NCBI GenBank assembly: GCA_047631715.1
Contig: JBLICC010000002.1
Location: forward strand, 1 to 41,412
Direction of reading: 5' to 3'
Origin: Alteromonas naphthalenivorans
GTDB lineage: Bacteria; Babelota; Babeliae; Babelales; CAIQNR01
DNA: 41,412 nucleotides
Below the pieces are notes generated by a model. That model searched no databases, was not told the origin of the DNA, and worked only from the letters and a program-made list of their open reading frames with translations. A program made the position numbers and the translations under genes. Shown here piece after piece: positions 1 through 9,405 of the stretch; position 1 is the first letter of the stretch; every line of letters starts with the position of its first letter.

Positions 1-444
1 AAACCACTCTTTAAGATCTTTTTCTATATCTTTTTTCTTTAATTCTAGCTTTGCTAAATTATTCTTATGATCAAGAGTATCTTCAGAGTCACTTGCTAAT
101 AATTTATTTGCTTGTTTAATTTGGCTATCAATTTCTTTAAGATCTTGTTCAAAAGGCTTTCTTCCTGAATGAGCAACTTCTAACTTTTTATCAACTTTAG
201 AAACTTTACTAAGCATTTCACTTTTTGAATGTATTATACCAGTTATTAAAGAACCATCTATATTAACACTCTTTACCTTCTTGCCCTCAACCATATTCAT
301 GAATTGCGAGTATTTTAATTCTTCTTTAGTTCGAGTATCATCAACAAGTTTTGTTAAAATAACAAGACTCAATAACATCACTACAACAACAATAAGAATG
401 TTGCGAGGACCACCCGATCCAAATGTGTTTTTCTTTTTTTTCAT
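1..444 (-). CDS. Membrane-anchored protein, N-terminal part only (gene runs off the window start); tentatively FtsH-like
   Basis: Absent from the ORF track because the window edge cuts it. The reverse strand from ATG 444..442 reads MKKKKNTFGSGGPRNILIVVVVMLLSLVILTKLVDDTRTKEELKYSQFMNMVEGKKVKSVNIDG... This is a basic N-terminus, one TM helix and a YSxF..V..GKVK.V.I.G pattern typical of the start of FtsH. The AAA and protease domains would lie outside the window, so the family call is tentative. Confidence 0.4.
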   Translation of the reverse strand, partial: MKKKKNTFGSGGPRNILIVVVVMLLSLVILTKLVDDTRTKEELKYSQFMNMVEGKKVKSVNIDGSLITGIIHSKSEMLSKVSKVDKKLEVAHSGRKPFEQDLKEIDSQIKQANKLLASDSEDTLDHKNNLAKLELKKKDIEKDLKEWF

Positions 445-518
445 AAACTCCCTAGGCAATTTTCGGCTTTAGTACCAGAATGTCCCGTTCTATTTTCCCC
501 ACGATCTTGTTAGTATAT

Positions 519-535
519 AAAAAGGGGCAACCCCT
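519..535 (-). terminator. Possible intrinsic terminator after tolB
   Basis: Short GC hairpin GGGG-CAA-CCCC (524..534). On the minus strand it is followed by a T-run (the A-run 519..523 on plus), 14 nt downstream of the tolB stop. Confidence 0.35.
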
Positions 536-548
536 GTCGACCATTTAG

Positions 549-1820
549 CTATGCTTTGTGCGAAAAGCACGAGTAGTTGATAGACCATGAAGGATAGCTG
601 CAACGTTGAGAGGTAGAAGTTAGATAACGCCTGTTTCCTGTTAAAAGGCTTTGGACCGCAATTCTTTTCTGTTTTCCTGATTCATACGAAAAAGCCAAAT
701 AATTACCACATGGAGACCAAGAACATTCTAATTTATGACCATGATCAAACGTTACCTGTTTCTCTTGCTTAGTTTTAAAGTCATAAATCATAACTTGCGC
801 AGTTCCTCCATGCATTTGAGAGTAAGCAACTTTATGCGAAGGAATAGAATAATTTGGATTAAAACAAGATCCCCCAAAACTTAAACGTTTTAAAGATCCT
901 CGTTTTCTTTTAAGACGATAAATATGAGGACGCCCTTGTTGATAATCCGAACAGAATATAACATCACCATTTTCCATAATAGTAGGAGAAATATTATTAC
1001 CATCATTATGTGTTAAACGTGTATACACAGGTTTTTTACTCTTTTTAGTTTGACCATAAGAATAAATCTGAGTACTACTTTTTTGAGATAAGCACATAAC
1101 TACTTCGTTCCCATCTTCAGAGAACGCGGGCAACATATTAAGTCCGTCAAAATCAACTGCTACCTGTTTTTTACCCTGTAAATTTGTTGCCATTAATCGA
1201 ACATTAACCGGCGTGTATTCAGAATATAATACTAATGGATTTTCTGGATCATTATTCCAACGAGGAGCTACTGCTGCACTTTTTATATGTACTAAAGGTC
1301 GAGATGCTTTACCATTATAATCAGCAATACAAATCTGCTTATTACCAGCCTCTTCTTTATAATACGCAAGCTTACTAGAAAAAAATCCATTTTCTCCGGT
1401 CAATACTGGCAAGCATGCATCTGCCAAATTATGCCCCCAGCTACGAGGACTCGCTGCTACATAAGAAATTTTATATCCATTAAGCATTTTTGCTTTTCGC
1501 GTATTATACACACGCAGTTCAGACACTTTAGCTTCTGGATTTTCTGTCACAAATAATGCAACCGTATACCCTTGCTTATGCAATTCTTTTATATCGTGCT
1601 TACTCTGTATTGCATCTTTCTTTATTATTCCTACATCAAACTGATGCGTAAATTCTAAATCGTTCTTAACAATAGCACAGGCTTCTTCAAGAGCCTTACT
1701 TGTTCCTAGAGATACTAATGCTAGTTTTGTTTTTTTTGCAGTTTTAGCACCTACTTGAATATTTATTTTTGCATTAATTGTTGTAAGAGTTAACAACATA
1801 AAAAAAAGTTTTTGCTTCAT
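549..1820 (-). CDS. tolB: Tol-Pal system beta-propeller protein TolB
   Basis: 423 aa with a signal peptide (MKQKLFFMLLTLTTINA). It has a TolB N-terminal-domain-like region followed by repeated beta-propeller blades (PxWSPDG-like motifs: APRWNNDPENP, SWSPCGNYLAF). It sits directly downstream of tolQ-tolR-tolA. Confidence 0.85.
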   Translation of the reverse strand: MKQKLFFMLLTLTTINAKINIQVGAKTAKKTKLALVSLGTSKALEEACAIVKNDLEFTHQFDVGIIKKDAIQSKHDIKELHKQGYTVALFVTENPEAKVSELRVYNTRKAKMLNGYKISYVAASPRSWGHNLADACLPVLTGENGFFSSKLAYYKEEAGNKQICIADYNGKASRPLVHIKSAAVAPRWNNDPENPLVLYSEYTPVNVRLMATNLQGKKQVAVDFDGLNMLPAFSEDGNEVVMCLSQKSSTQIYSYGQTKKSKKPVYTRLTHNDGNNISPTIMENGDVIFCSDYQQGRPHIYRLKRKRGSLKRLSFGGSCFNPNYSIPSHKVAYSQMHGGTAQVMIYDFKTKQEKQVTFDHGHKLECSWSPCGNYLAFSYESGKQKRIAVQSLLTGNRRYLTSTSQRCSYPSWSINYSCFSHKA

Positions 1821-1830
1821 ACTATTCTTT

Positions 1831-2745
1831 CTATGGTCTAAATGCGATTTTTATTGCTTTGCCCCAAACCTGACGCGGGAACTTAATTTCTTCTAAAGCT
1901 TCTTGTACTGCAACATCATAAATAACAATATCCGACAATGTAATAACTTTGCTTTCTATCAATTTTCCATCCCAACCAACAGTTACTTGCACCTCACTTG
2001 TTACATCTTGATGTACTCCAATAGGTGGCTCCCATACTTCTTGTACAGCTGCCTGTAACACACTTTCTAACTCTATACCTCTGAGTTCTTTATGCGTTAC
2101 ATAACGTACGTTTTCTTCTACTTGCTCTATAACAGGATCAAGTTCTTTTATATCCGAGTTACCCTGATCTAATACGGGTTTTTTATTAAGTTCATCCCGA
2201 GTGGATGCGAGTTTATGAGCATTTGTATCGAGGGACTCAGCTGTCTTCTCTTCTTGTTTTGCGACTTGCTCTACGGGCTTAACTACAGGCTTTGGTTCTT
2301 CTTTTTTTTCTATTATTTTTTTTTGCTCTTGCTTGATTATCTTCTCTACTGGTTTAACTACTGGCTTTGGTTTTATTGCTTCAACAACTTTCTTTGCTAT
2401 TACAGGCTTAGGTTTAGGTTTTAGCACAACTTTCTTAACCTGTGCCAACTGAGTAACTTGTTTTTTTTGTACTATTTTTTTTGCCTGTTTTCTAACACTT
2501 ACTCCACCACTTTTTGTAATACGTTTTAAAGCTTTAAGTTTTTTAGCAGACAATGGTAATAACCGCACAATAACATTATCTGGATTATGTTTTGCATGTA
2601 CTTTTAGCAACAAATCGTGTTGGTAATCCTTGTACATAAAAAACAAACCAAAACAAAGTATTGCGTGCGTTAATACCGAAAGAATAGAAAGCTTAAAAAG
2701 AAAAGAATGTTTCTTAGGTAATCTTTGCTGTAGCCAAAGCAACAT
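1831..2745 (-). CDS. tolA: TolA/TonB-like envelope-spanning protein (TM anchor, Lys/Pro/Glu-rich spacer, TonB_C-like C-terminal domain)
   Basis: N-terminal TM helix (FLFKLSILSVLTHAILCFGLFFMY), then a long KPKP/KPV/EEK low-complexity spacer and a compact C-terminal domain. Its position after tolQ and tolR supports the call. I prefer the start at ATG 2745 (GGGAG RBS 6 nt upstream) over the track start at 2763. Confidence 0.7.
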   Translation of the reverse strand: MLLWLQQRLPKKHSFLFKLSILSVLTHAILCFGLFFMYKDYQHDLLLKVHAKHNPDNVIVRLLPLSAKKLKALKRITKSGGVSVRKQAKKIVQKKQVTQLAQVKKVVLKPKPKPVIAKKVVEAIKPKPVVKPVEKIIKQEQKKIIEKKEEPKPVVKPVEQVAKQEEKTAESLDTNAHKLASTRDELNKKPVLDQGNSDIKELDPVIEQVEENVRYVTHKELRGIELESVLQAAVQEVWEPPIGVHQDVTSEVQVTVGWDGKLIESKVITLSDIVIYDVAVQEALEEIKFPRQVWGKAIKIAFRP

Positions 2746-3145
2746 AGCGCACTCCCGACACATGCTTTATTTTATCTACAAGCTCAAGAACTTTACCATA
2801 ATGCACGGCTGTATCAGCTTTTACAAAAACAGTTCTGTCTGATTTTTTACCTACTTGTTTTTTGAGTTGATCAAGAATATCTTTTTCTTCTACAAGTTTA
2901 TCGTTAAAAGAAAATTTACCTGATTTATCTATAGCAACGGTAATTTCTTGTTCTTTGCTTTCGTCAATTTCTTTCATATTTCCTTTAGGCAATTCAACCT
3001 GCAAAGCGTTTTCTTTTTTAAGCATAGGTGTGGTTACCATGAAGATAATTAAAAGTGTAAACGCAACATCAATCATAGATGTAAGGTTGAGCTCAGGAAA
3101 CGATTGTTCCTTGTGACGCTTTCTTCGATAGTGTCGAGACTTCAC
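2714..3145 (-). CDS. tolR: Biopolymer transport protein ExbD/TolR
   Basis: 143 aa with the ExbD/TolR signature start ...PELNLTSMIDVAFTLLIIFMVTTP and a periplasmic domain. The start is GTG at 3145, preceded by GGAAAGGAA. It overlaps the tolQ 3' end by 53 nt. Confidence 0.85.
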   Translation of the reverse strand: MKSRHYRRKRHKEQSFPELNLTSMIDVAFTLLIIFMVTTPMLKKENALQVELPKGNMKEIDESKEQEITVAIDKSGKFSFNDKLVEEKDILDQLKKQVGKKSDRTVFVKADTAVHYGKVLELVDKIKHVSGVRYVALATAKIT

Positions 3146-3830
3146 GAGTTTCCTTTCCGTCTATAAATACCTTTTTAACAATAACTGCTAAACGATCAGA
3201 TAACTGATTTAACTGATGCTCAATATCACCAACTTGTTCACGTAAAAAGTAATACATAATTGATACAGGAATCGCCACCATTAAACCACCAATAGTAGTC
3301 AAAAGAGCTTCTGCAATACCTGGTGCAATAGTTGTAATATCGGCTGATTGTTTTTCACTAATACTAATAAAAGAATGCATCAATCCCCACACAGTTCCAA
3401 ACAATCCCATTAAAGGAGATACTGCAGCGGTAACAGACAACATAGATAGATATGAGTTTTCTTGATGCACCATATCATCTATAACAGATAAACGTTGATC
3501 TTCAAGAGTGTTTTTGTCGCTCTCTGTTATTAGACTTTTGTCCTCAAGAAGCTCTTTAGTTGCATTCAATTGCTCAGCTAATAAATGCCCTGGGAATGTT
3601 TTAGTGTTTGCATTAGCAAGGTTTAAAAGCTCTTCGAGAGAAGATACTTTTTTTGCTTTTTTAAGCACATCTTTAAGTTGTCTTTGTTTAATAGTAAGAA
3701 GTACCGTTTTATATAAAATAATGGTCCAACATACAATAGATGCCACCAATAGCGTACCTAATACTATTTTGGTCATACCATCTGCTTGGGCTAATAAGTT
3801 CCAAAGTGAGTTGCCTAAAAAGAGTTTCAT
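3093..3830 (-). CDS. tolQ: MotA/TolQ/ExbB proton-channel protein
   Basis: 245 aa with three TM segments and the conserved C-terminal core (GLFGTVWGLMHSF...IAPGIAEALLTTIGGLMVAIP). GGGAGAAAG RBS before ATG 3830. Confidence 0.85.
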   Translation of the reverse strand: MKLFLGNSLWNLLAQADGMTKIVLGTLLVASIVCWTIILYKTVLLTIKQRQLKDVLKKAKKVSSLEELLNLANANTKTFPGHLLAEQLNATKELLEDKSLITESDKNTLEDQRLSVIDDMVHQENSYLSMLSVTAAVSPLMGLFGTVWGLMHSFISISEKQSADITTIAPGIAEALLTTIGGLMVAIPVSIMYYFLREQVGDIEHQLNQLSDRLAVIVKKVFIDGKETREVSTLSKKASQGTIVS

Positions 3831-3881
3831 ACTGCTTTCTCCCTAATTAACGTTAAATTAAGCTCCTAGTCTAACCGATAT

Positions 3882-4658
3882 TTATACCAAAACAACTTCG
3901 CATGTCTTGTTTGCATTGTAGGCTTGAGCCTTAATTGTTTGGATAATATCTGCTGGCAAGTCTTGTGATATAATTAACGTCTTTAAATTAGGTAAATCTG
4001 CAAAAGCATTTTCCTCTACTTTTTCGATAGGATTATGAGAAAAATCTATAACCTCTAAATTTGACACCTTTCGATTAGCATCATCTTTTTCTGTACGAAT
4101 ATCAGCAAACATATTTCCCTGCAATCGCTTAATTTTATTATGCGCAAAACTAATATGATGCAACAATCTAAGATCATCTAATACATCTTCTTTAAGCGTT
4201 CGAATATCGTTATGGTCAAGCATAATACCCCACACACCAGTTAAATGCTTAAACGTATCATCTCTTAAATCGCGGATGTTATTATGCGACAAATAGATCC
4301 ATTGCAACGATTGCAAACTATCAAATGCATGCGGATAAATATGTTTAATTTTATTATGCGTAAGTTTTATAAATTCGACTTTAGTAATATCGTTAAACGT
4401 ATGCTTCTTAAGCTCTTTAATATGATTATGAGAAAAATCAATAATACGCACAGGCTCAGTCTTTTTATCGACAATAGGCTTTAAAAGCTTGCTTAAATCA
4501 TCAGGTAAATTTTTTATTTTTCTGTGTGTAATTTCTAGTATTTTTTGATTGCCTGATCCAGAAACAAAGCTCTGCAAGCGATTTGTGGTAAATTCAAAAT
4601 TCTTTGCCTGCATTGTGCCCAGTACTGTACACAGCAAGAGCATGGTGATTTTCTTCAT
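3882..4658 (-). CDS. Exported leucine-rich-repeat (LRR) protein
   Basis: 258 aa with a signal peptide (MKKITMLLLCTVLGTMQA). About 7 typical 24-residue LRRs (LxxLxLxxNxIxxLxxxxF), e.g. IDFSHNHIKELKKHTF and IYLSHNNIRDLRDDTF. AGGGGGA RBS. Confidence 0.8.
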   Translation of the reverse strand: MKKITMLLLCTVLGTMQAKNFEFTTNRLQSFVSGSGNQKILEITHRKIKNLPDDLSKLLKPIVDKKTEPVRIIDFSHNHIKELKKHTFNDITKVEFIKLTHNKIKHIYPHAFDSLQSLQWIYLSHNNIRDLRDDTFKHLTGVWGIMLDHNDIRTLKEDVLDDLRLLHHISFAHNKIKRLQGNMFADIRTEKDDANRKVSNLEVIDFSHNPIEKVEENAFADLPNLKTLIISQDLPADIIQTIKAQAYNANKTCEVVLV

Positions 4659-4750
4659 TCTTAGTCCCCCTAAAAAATATTAAACATCATGCGTTTAAGC
4701 TTAGCAAACAAACTCTTTTAAAAGCAACAGTAGCAACTATTGAGCAATAA

Positions 4751-4780
4751 AAAAGCCCTGGAAATTTCCAGGGCTTTTTT
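4751..4780. terminator. Bidirectional-looking intrinsic terminator
   Basis: AAAAA-GCCCTGGAAATTTCCAGGGC-TTTTTT: a perfect 9-bp palindromic stem flanked by an A-run and a T-run. It lies between the 4793..5161 gene and the LRR gene. Confidence 0.7.
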
Positions 4781-4792
4781 AATTTGATAAAC

Positions 4793-5161
4793 TTATTTTA
4801 ACTCAGGCTCAACAAGCTGTTTCTCTACTTTAAGCTTAACTTTAAGTTCTTGTTCTGCACGCTCAAAATACTCTTGAGCTGTTAAATTTATATGCCGCTC
4901 AAGTCTTTCTTCTGATAAAAGTTCAAGCTCTTTTAAAGTACAATCATAATTATTTTTTGCTTTACTTCTCATTTGATCTTCTTCTGAGTACTTTTTAAGT
5001 ACTTGTTTTTCAAAAGTATTAAATCTCGAAAGATCACAATCAAAAGGATCTGTATATTTAGACACTATAGTAAAGCGAACTAAACGAGTTATAGGTGAAA
5101 CTCTTTCCGAAGCCATTAAAAAAACTGGCGTTAACAATAATAATAAATTTTTCTTATTCAT
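4793..5161 (-). CDS. Hypothetical exported protein
   Basis: Signal-peptide-like start MNKKNLLLLLTPVFLMAS followed by a charged helical remainder. I recognise no family. The ATG at 5161 overlaps the cca stop (ATGAATAA), which suggests translational coupling. Confidence 0.5.
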   Translation of the reverse strand: MNKKNLLLLLTPVFLMASERVSPITRLVRFTIVSKYTDPFDCDLSRFNTFEKQVLKKYSEEDQMRSKAKNNYDCTLKELELLSEERLERHINLTAQEYFERAEQELKVKLKVEKQLVEPELK

Positions 5162-6572
5162 GCTTGCCATCCAATTTTAATCGTTTTTTTAATTCTTCTT
5201 TATCAATAATGCCTTCTTCTATCTGAATCTTATATGCTTTTGCAAGTAACTTGCCTAGCGCTGGACCTGGGTCAACAATGCCTATTAAATCTTTGCCCAT
5301 CAAAACTGGTGGTTCAAATGTTTGGTCAACACCATATTTTTTTGCTTGTTCTAAAAAAACTTCTATCAATTCTTCGGGACATGTTGCAAACGGCGCTTGC
5401 CTGTCTGGGTTTCTACCGGATTTATCACAATAAGCTAAACGTGTTAATTCTTGAATGTTAGTTTCTGGAGCAAGTTTTTTTGCCAAACGCTTATATGCTG
5501 GCGACTTTGCATTATTTTTTATAAATGCCACAGGCATCATATGATAGCGCACAAGTTTTAGAATAGTATCTTTAATCTTTTGTGTATTAATCACTCGATC
5601 TAAAAAGGTTGCTGCAATCGGAACACCTTGCACATCATGGCCAAGCGATCGTATTTTGCCATCTATTATTTGTGTTGCAACTGCTTTACCAACATCATGG
5701 CACAACCCTGCAAGCACCATAATTAGTTTGTCTTCATCAGTTTCATACTCAAGACATACAGCTGCATCCATAGCCTGTTTTGAATGCTCATATACATCGC
5801 CTTCTGGATGCCATTCGGGATCTTGTTCGATACCAATTGTTGCATGTATCTCTGGCAATATATCTTTGAGCCTATCTGTATCGCGTAACCATTGAATACC
5901 AAGCGATGGCTTTATGCCTTTAATACATAATTTTTCGAACTCTTGAACAATACGGTCTTGAGAAATATCACTCAAATCCATAGTTCTACCTAACTCATAC
6001 AATTCTTTATCAGGCGTCATTTGAAATCGACCAATAAACTGCATAACTCTAAAGTAGCGCAACGGATCTTCTATAAACAATTGCTTATCTGGCACACGCA
6101 ATATGCCTGCTTGTAAGTCTCGCAAGCCATTAAACGGATCTTGCAACTCTTTGGTAATCATATCGATAGCCATGGCATTAATAGTTAAATCTCTACGTAG
6201 TAGTGCTTTTTCTAATGGCATATGAGGATCGAACTCAACCTTTGGTTTTCTACCAGATGAATCTACACGTGGAATCGACCAGTCAACATCAAGACCATCA
6301 ATACGTAAAACACCAAATGCTTTACCTACTAAACGTACATTTCCAAACTCTTTTAATATTTGCTCTAACTGATTGATTGCAAGTCCATGTACTTCGATAT
6401 CAATATCTTTAGCTGGCTGCTCACGTAAACAATCACGAACAACTCCGCCTACAAGCAATGCACGACCTTTTGATTGATCAAGACGTTCAACAATTGCTTT
6501 GACTAAAGGTAATGTGGTAAAAACATTGTTTATAGCTTTGTGTACATTTTCTACAACTTTTGTAGACTTCAT
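5154..6572 (-). CDS. cca: CCA-adding tRNA nucleotidyltransferase with C-terminal HD domain
   Basis: 472 aa. PolyA-polymerase/CCA-head motifs (LVGGVVRDCL...KDIDIEV, RRDLTINAM) plus an HD-domain motif (GLCHDVGK). Confidence 0.85.
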   Translation of the reverse strand: MKSTKVVENVHKAINNVFTTLPLVKAIVERLDQSKGRALLVGGVVRDCLREQPAKDIDIEVHGLAINQLEQILKEFGNVRLVGKAFGVLRIDGLDVDWSIPRVDSSGRKPKVEFDPHMPLEKALLRRDLTINAMAIDMITKELQDPFNGLRDLQAGILRVPDKQLFIEDPLRYFRVMQFIGRFQMTPDKELYELGRTMDLSDISQDRIVQEFEKLCIKGIKPSLGIQWLRDTDRLKDILPEIHATIGIEQDPEWHPEGDVYEHSKQAMDAAVCLEYETDEDKLIMVLAGLCHDVGKAVATQIIDGKIRSLGHDVQGVPIAATFLDRVINTQKIKDTILKLVRYHMMPVAFIKNNAKSPAYKRLAKKLAPETNIQELTRLAYCDKSGRNPDRQAPFATCPEELIEVFLEQAKKYGVDQTFEPPVLMGKDLIGIVDPGPALGKLLAKAYKIQIEEGIIDKEELKKRLKLDGKHE

Positions 6573-6607
6573 GGAATTAAAGTTCCTGTTTGATAAAAAG
6601 GATTATA

Positions 6608-7405
6608 ATGAAATATTCAGTTCGCACTCTTTTACTTCTCTCTCTGTGTACAACATACACGATTCAAGCATCAATACTTGATACTGTAAAATCTTTTTGG
6701 GCAACTAACAAAGAAATCATCTCTAAAGAACAAATTCTTACGCCTAACAGCACTTTTCGCATAGAAAACACCCGTGGAAACATTTCTATTAAAACCTGGA
6801 AACAAAACAAATTTGTTCTAGAAGCAGTTAAAAAAGGTTCTCCAGAAGCAGTTGCAGCTACAGACATCAGCACCAAGTATACCGAAAATGGCGCAACTGT
6901 AAAAACTGTACAAGCCGACTCACAAACAAAATGCACCGTTGATTACACAATTTTAATTCCACTAACAACAACCGTAACTCTTGCACACACCGATCATGGC
7001 AACATCACAATTAAAAATACCGAACAACCTGCAAAAGCCCAAACCTACAAAGGTTCTATAATTTGCCAAAACGTTACTAATTCAATACATGCAAACACTC
7101 GATCTGGTAACATTAAAATTCATGCAAAAAAACTGGATAAAAACCATAAAATATTAGCAGTCAGTGGACGCGGAAATATTAAACTTGAACTTCCTCCAAA
7201 AACTCCAGCATCTCTCTATGCAAAAGCTCAAAAAGGAAAAGTTTCTAGTGATCATCCAGTTGTTCTTGCTCAACGCCCAATGCAGATTACTCAAAAAACT
7301 ATGGCTAGTTTGCGACGAGATATTCAAGGTAAAATTGGATCTATCGAAGGCGTAACAATCAAATTGCACACATCAAGCGGAAATGTAAGATTGGTTGAAG
7401 CATAG
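6608..7405 (+). CDS. Exported beta-helix-like repeat protein (DUF4097-like putative adhesin)
   Basis: Signal peptide MKYSVRTLLLLSLCTTYTIQA. Repeated G-N-I-x-I/L strands (GNISIKT, GNITIKN, GNIKIHA, GNIKLEL, GNVRLVE). I chose the ATG at 6608 with its AAAGGA RBS over the TTG at 6590 used by the track. Confidence 0.6.
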   Translation: MKYSVRTLLLLSLCTTYTIQASILDTVKSFWATNKEIISKEQILTPNSTFRIENTRGNISIKTWKQNKFVLEAVKKGSPEAVAATDISTKYTENGATVKTVQADSQTKCTVDYTILIPLTTTVTLAHTDHGNITIKNTEQPAKAQTYKGSIICQNVTNSIHANTRSGNIKIHAKKLDKNHKILAVSGRGNIKLELPPKTPASLYAKAQKGKVSSDHPVVLAQRPMQITQKTMASLRRDIQGKIGSIEGVTIKLHTSSGNVRLVEA

Positions 7406-7430
7406 GATTTGTAGATAGGTTAGTTAAATT

Positions 7431-7503
7431 TGGAGCTGAGCGGGTTCGAACCGCTGGCCTCATGAATGCCATCCATGCGCTCTACCAACTGAGCTACAGC
7501 CCC
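7431..7503 (-). tRNA. tRNA-Ala (anticodon GGC)
   Basis: The reverse complement GGGGCTGTAGCTCAGTTGGTAGAGCGCATGGATGGCATTCATGAGGCCAGCGGTTCGAACCCGCTCAGCTCCA folds as a cloverleaf. It has the G3:U70 Ala identity pair, anticodon loop AUGGCAU and T-loop GTTCGAA. No encoded CCA. Confidence 0.9.
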
Positions 7504-7592
7504 AATGATTGTCTCTTGAAAAAATTACAGTATAGTTAAGTGTAAATTATCGTTTACAATTTGCAACAATCTTTACTTTTTTAGGAGACGCT

Positions 7593-9392
7593 ATGAGAAA
7601 AAATCTTTATCTTTTATTCGCATTGCTCATTCCCGCTGCTGTTCAACCTTATACTATAAGCTCTGAGCAGAAAGAGATCAATCCGACAGAAACAGAAATT
7701 ACACTACATGTTAATCTTAACCCTTATGAACATATTTACGAAAAGCATATCACCCTTTCTAGCGACAATCCCCATGTTAAACTAAGCAAATGGAAAACTG
7801 ATCATTCTTCAAAAGACAATTACGATAAACGTCTTAAAACTACCTGTAAATCTTTTGGCGAAAATTTTTGTATCAACTCAGTTGTTACGAGAACAACACC
7901 AGAAGCAGTACATGCAAAATTACATGTAACACTTGCTTCTAACCAATCTCCTAATCCAAAAGAACAAACATTTGATCTAAAATTTAAACAATCAAAAGAA
8001 GCAGTAAAAGAAACACCTTCAAAACCACTTGAAATTATTAAAGAGAAAAAAACTACAAAAGTACCATCTAAAGAAGGTGCTACTTTTATGGAAGTTATCA
8101 AAGAGTATCGAGAACAACTTAAGCACACTATTGCTCATACAGATTCTTGGTCTTTACGCCTTCTGGTAGCATTCCTACTTGGATTATTACTCAGTTTAAC
8201 ACCTTGTATTTACCCTATGATTCCTATTACCGTTGGAATTTTACAATCACAAGGTAGCAAATCTATTTTACGTAACTTTTTACTTTCTTGCTGCTATGCA
8301 CTTGGTTTAGGAACAACATTTTCTATCATGGGATTAATCGCTGCAAGTTCTGGCGATGCCTTTGGATCATTAATGGTTAATCCCATTTTTGTAATATGTA
8401 TTGTAACGTTCTTACTCTATTTTGCAGGATCTCTTTTTGGTTTTTATAACCTTTATATTCCACGATTTATGCAAAACAAAACCGATGTATCTAAATCTGG
8501 ATCTGCACTTTCTATCTTTATCTTTGGGCTTGCAAGTGGATCGGTTGCATCACCCTGCTTGTCTCCTGGGCTTGCATTGATTTTGACCATGGTTGCAACA
8601 ATGTCTAGCAAGATACTTGGATTCTTACTTCTCTTTGTTTTTGGTATTGGTATTAGTACTCCACTTATTATTATTGGAACATTTTCTGGTTCTATTAACT
8701 TATTGCCACGCGCCGGCATGTGGATGTTAGAAATTCAAAAAGTATTCGGATTCATGTTAATCGGCATGTGCTTTTATTACTTAAGCAATGTTTTACCGTG
8801 GTATGTAATATTAATTGGTCTTACCTGTTTTACTGCAATTATTGGTTATTATTATTTCTCTTCTGCCCACAAAACAACTGGCCTAAGTAACAAGATCCAA
8901 AACATGATTGGTGTAGTAGCATTAATTATTACGGTTTTCTTATGCATCGAATCGTTCCAAGAAATGTACTATCCACAACTAAATAATGCTTTTGAAAAAA
9001 CCTGGATGACTGATTACAACAAAGCAGTTACCACCGCGCAAAAAGAAGACAAAATGTTGTTCATTGATTTTTGGACACCGTACTGTTCTATTTGCAAAGC
9101 AATTACTGCAACCATCTTAAAGAATCCAAAAGTAACTCAAGTACTTAAAGATAAGTATGTAATTTTATCTGTTGATGCATCTGATTCTTCTGTAGAGCCA
9201 TACAAATCACTTAAGTCTCGTTATGACACTTGGGGTGCACCTAATTTGCTTGTGGTTGACCCTAACGATGGCAAAGAACTTAAACGCTGGCAGAGCGAAA
9301 TGTATGATATGGAAATTGATGATGTTGTTAAAGCACTTAACTTATATAGTGCAAATACTGACAGCAAAGGATTACTAGGTATTTTACCGTAG
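7593..9392 (+). CDS. dsbD: Thiol:disulfide interchange protein DsbD (three-domain: N-terminal periplasmic, TM core, C-terminal thioredoxin)
   Basis: 599 aa with a signal peptide. The N-terminal domain has a CKSFGENFC Cys pair. The polytopic core carries both conserved Cys-Pro motifs (LTPCIYPMIP, SPCLSPGLA). The C-terminal thioredoxin fold has the CxxC motif (WTPYCSICK). Confidence 0.85.
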   Translation: MRKNLYLLFALLIPAAVQPYTISSEQKEINPTETEITLHVNLNPYEHIYEKHITLSSDNPHVKLSKWKTDHSSKDNYDKRLKTTCKSFGENFCINSVVTRTTPEAVHAKLHVTLASNQSPNPKEQTFDLKFKQSKEAVKETPSKPLEIIKEKKTTKVPSKEGATFMEVIKEYREQLKHTIAHTDSWSLRLLVAFLLGLLLSLTPCIYPMIPITVGILQSQGSKSILRNFLLSCCYALGLGTTFSIMGLIAASSGDAFGSLMVNPIFVICIVTFLLYFAGSLFGFYNLYIPRFMQNKTDVSKSGSALSIFIFGLASGSVASPCLSPGLALILTMVATMSSKILGFLLLFVFGIGISTPLIIIGTFSGSINLLPRAGMWMLEIQKVFGFMLIGMCFYYLSNVLPWYVILIGLTCFTAIIGYYYFSSAHKTTGLSNKIQNMIGVVALIITVFLCIESFQEMYYPQLNNAFEKTWMTDYNKAVTTAQKEDKMLFIDFWTPYCSICKAITATILKNPKVTQVLKDKYVILSVDASDSSVEPYKSLKSRYDTWGAPNLLVVDPNDGKELKRWQSEMYDMEIDDVVKALNLYSANTDSKGLLGILP

Positions 9393-9405
9393 TTTTGTAA
9401 AGCGT

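Noticed and set aside
281-472. 63-aa plus-strand ORF at the window start
   Set aside because: It overlaps, on the opposite strand, the much better supported FtsH-like N-terminal coding region and its start codon. It also lacks an RBS.
2215-2424. 69-aa plus-strand ORF inside tolA
   Set aside because: It is antisense to the Lys/Pro/Glu low-complexity spacer of TolA, which makes it a compositional artefact.
3093-3145. The tolQ/tolR overlap as a sign of a frameshift or pseudogene
   Set aside because: Both ORFs are full length with all family motifs, and tolR has its own RBS and GTG start. A real overlap is the simpler explanation.
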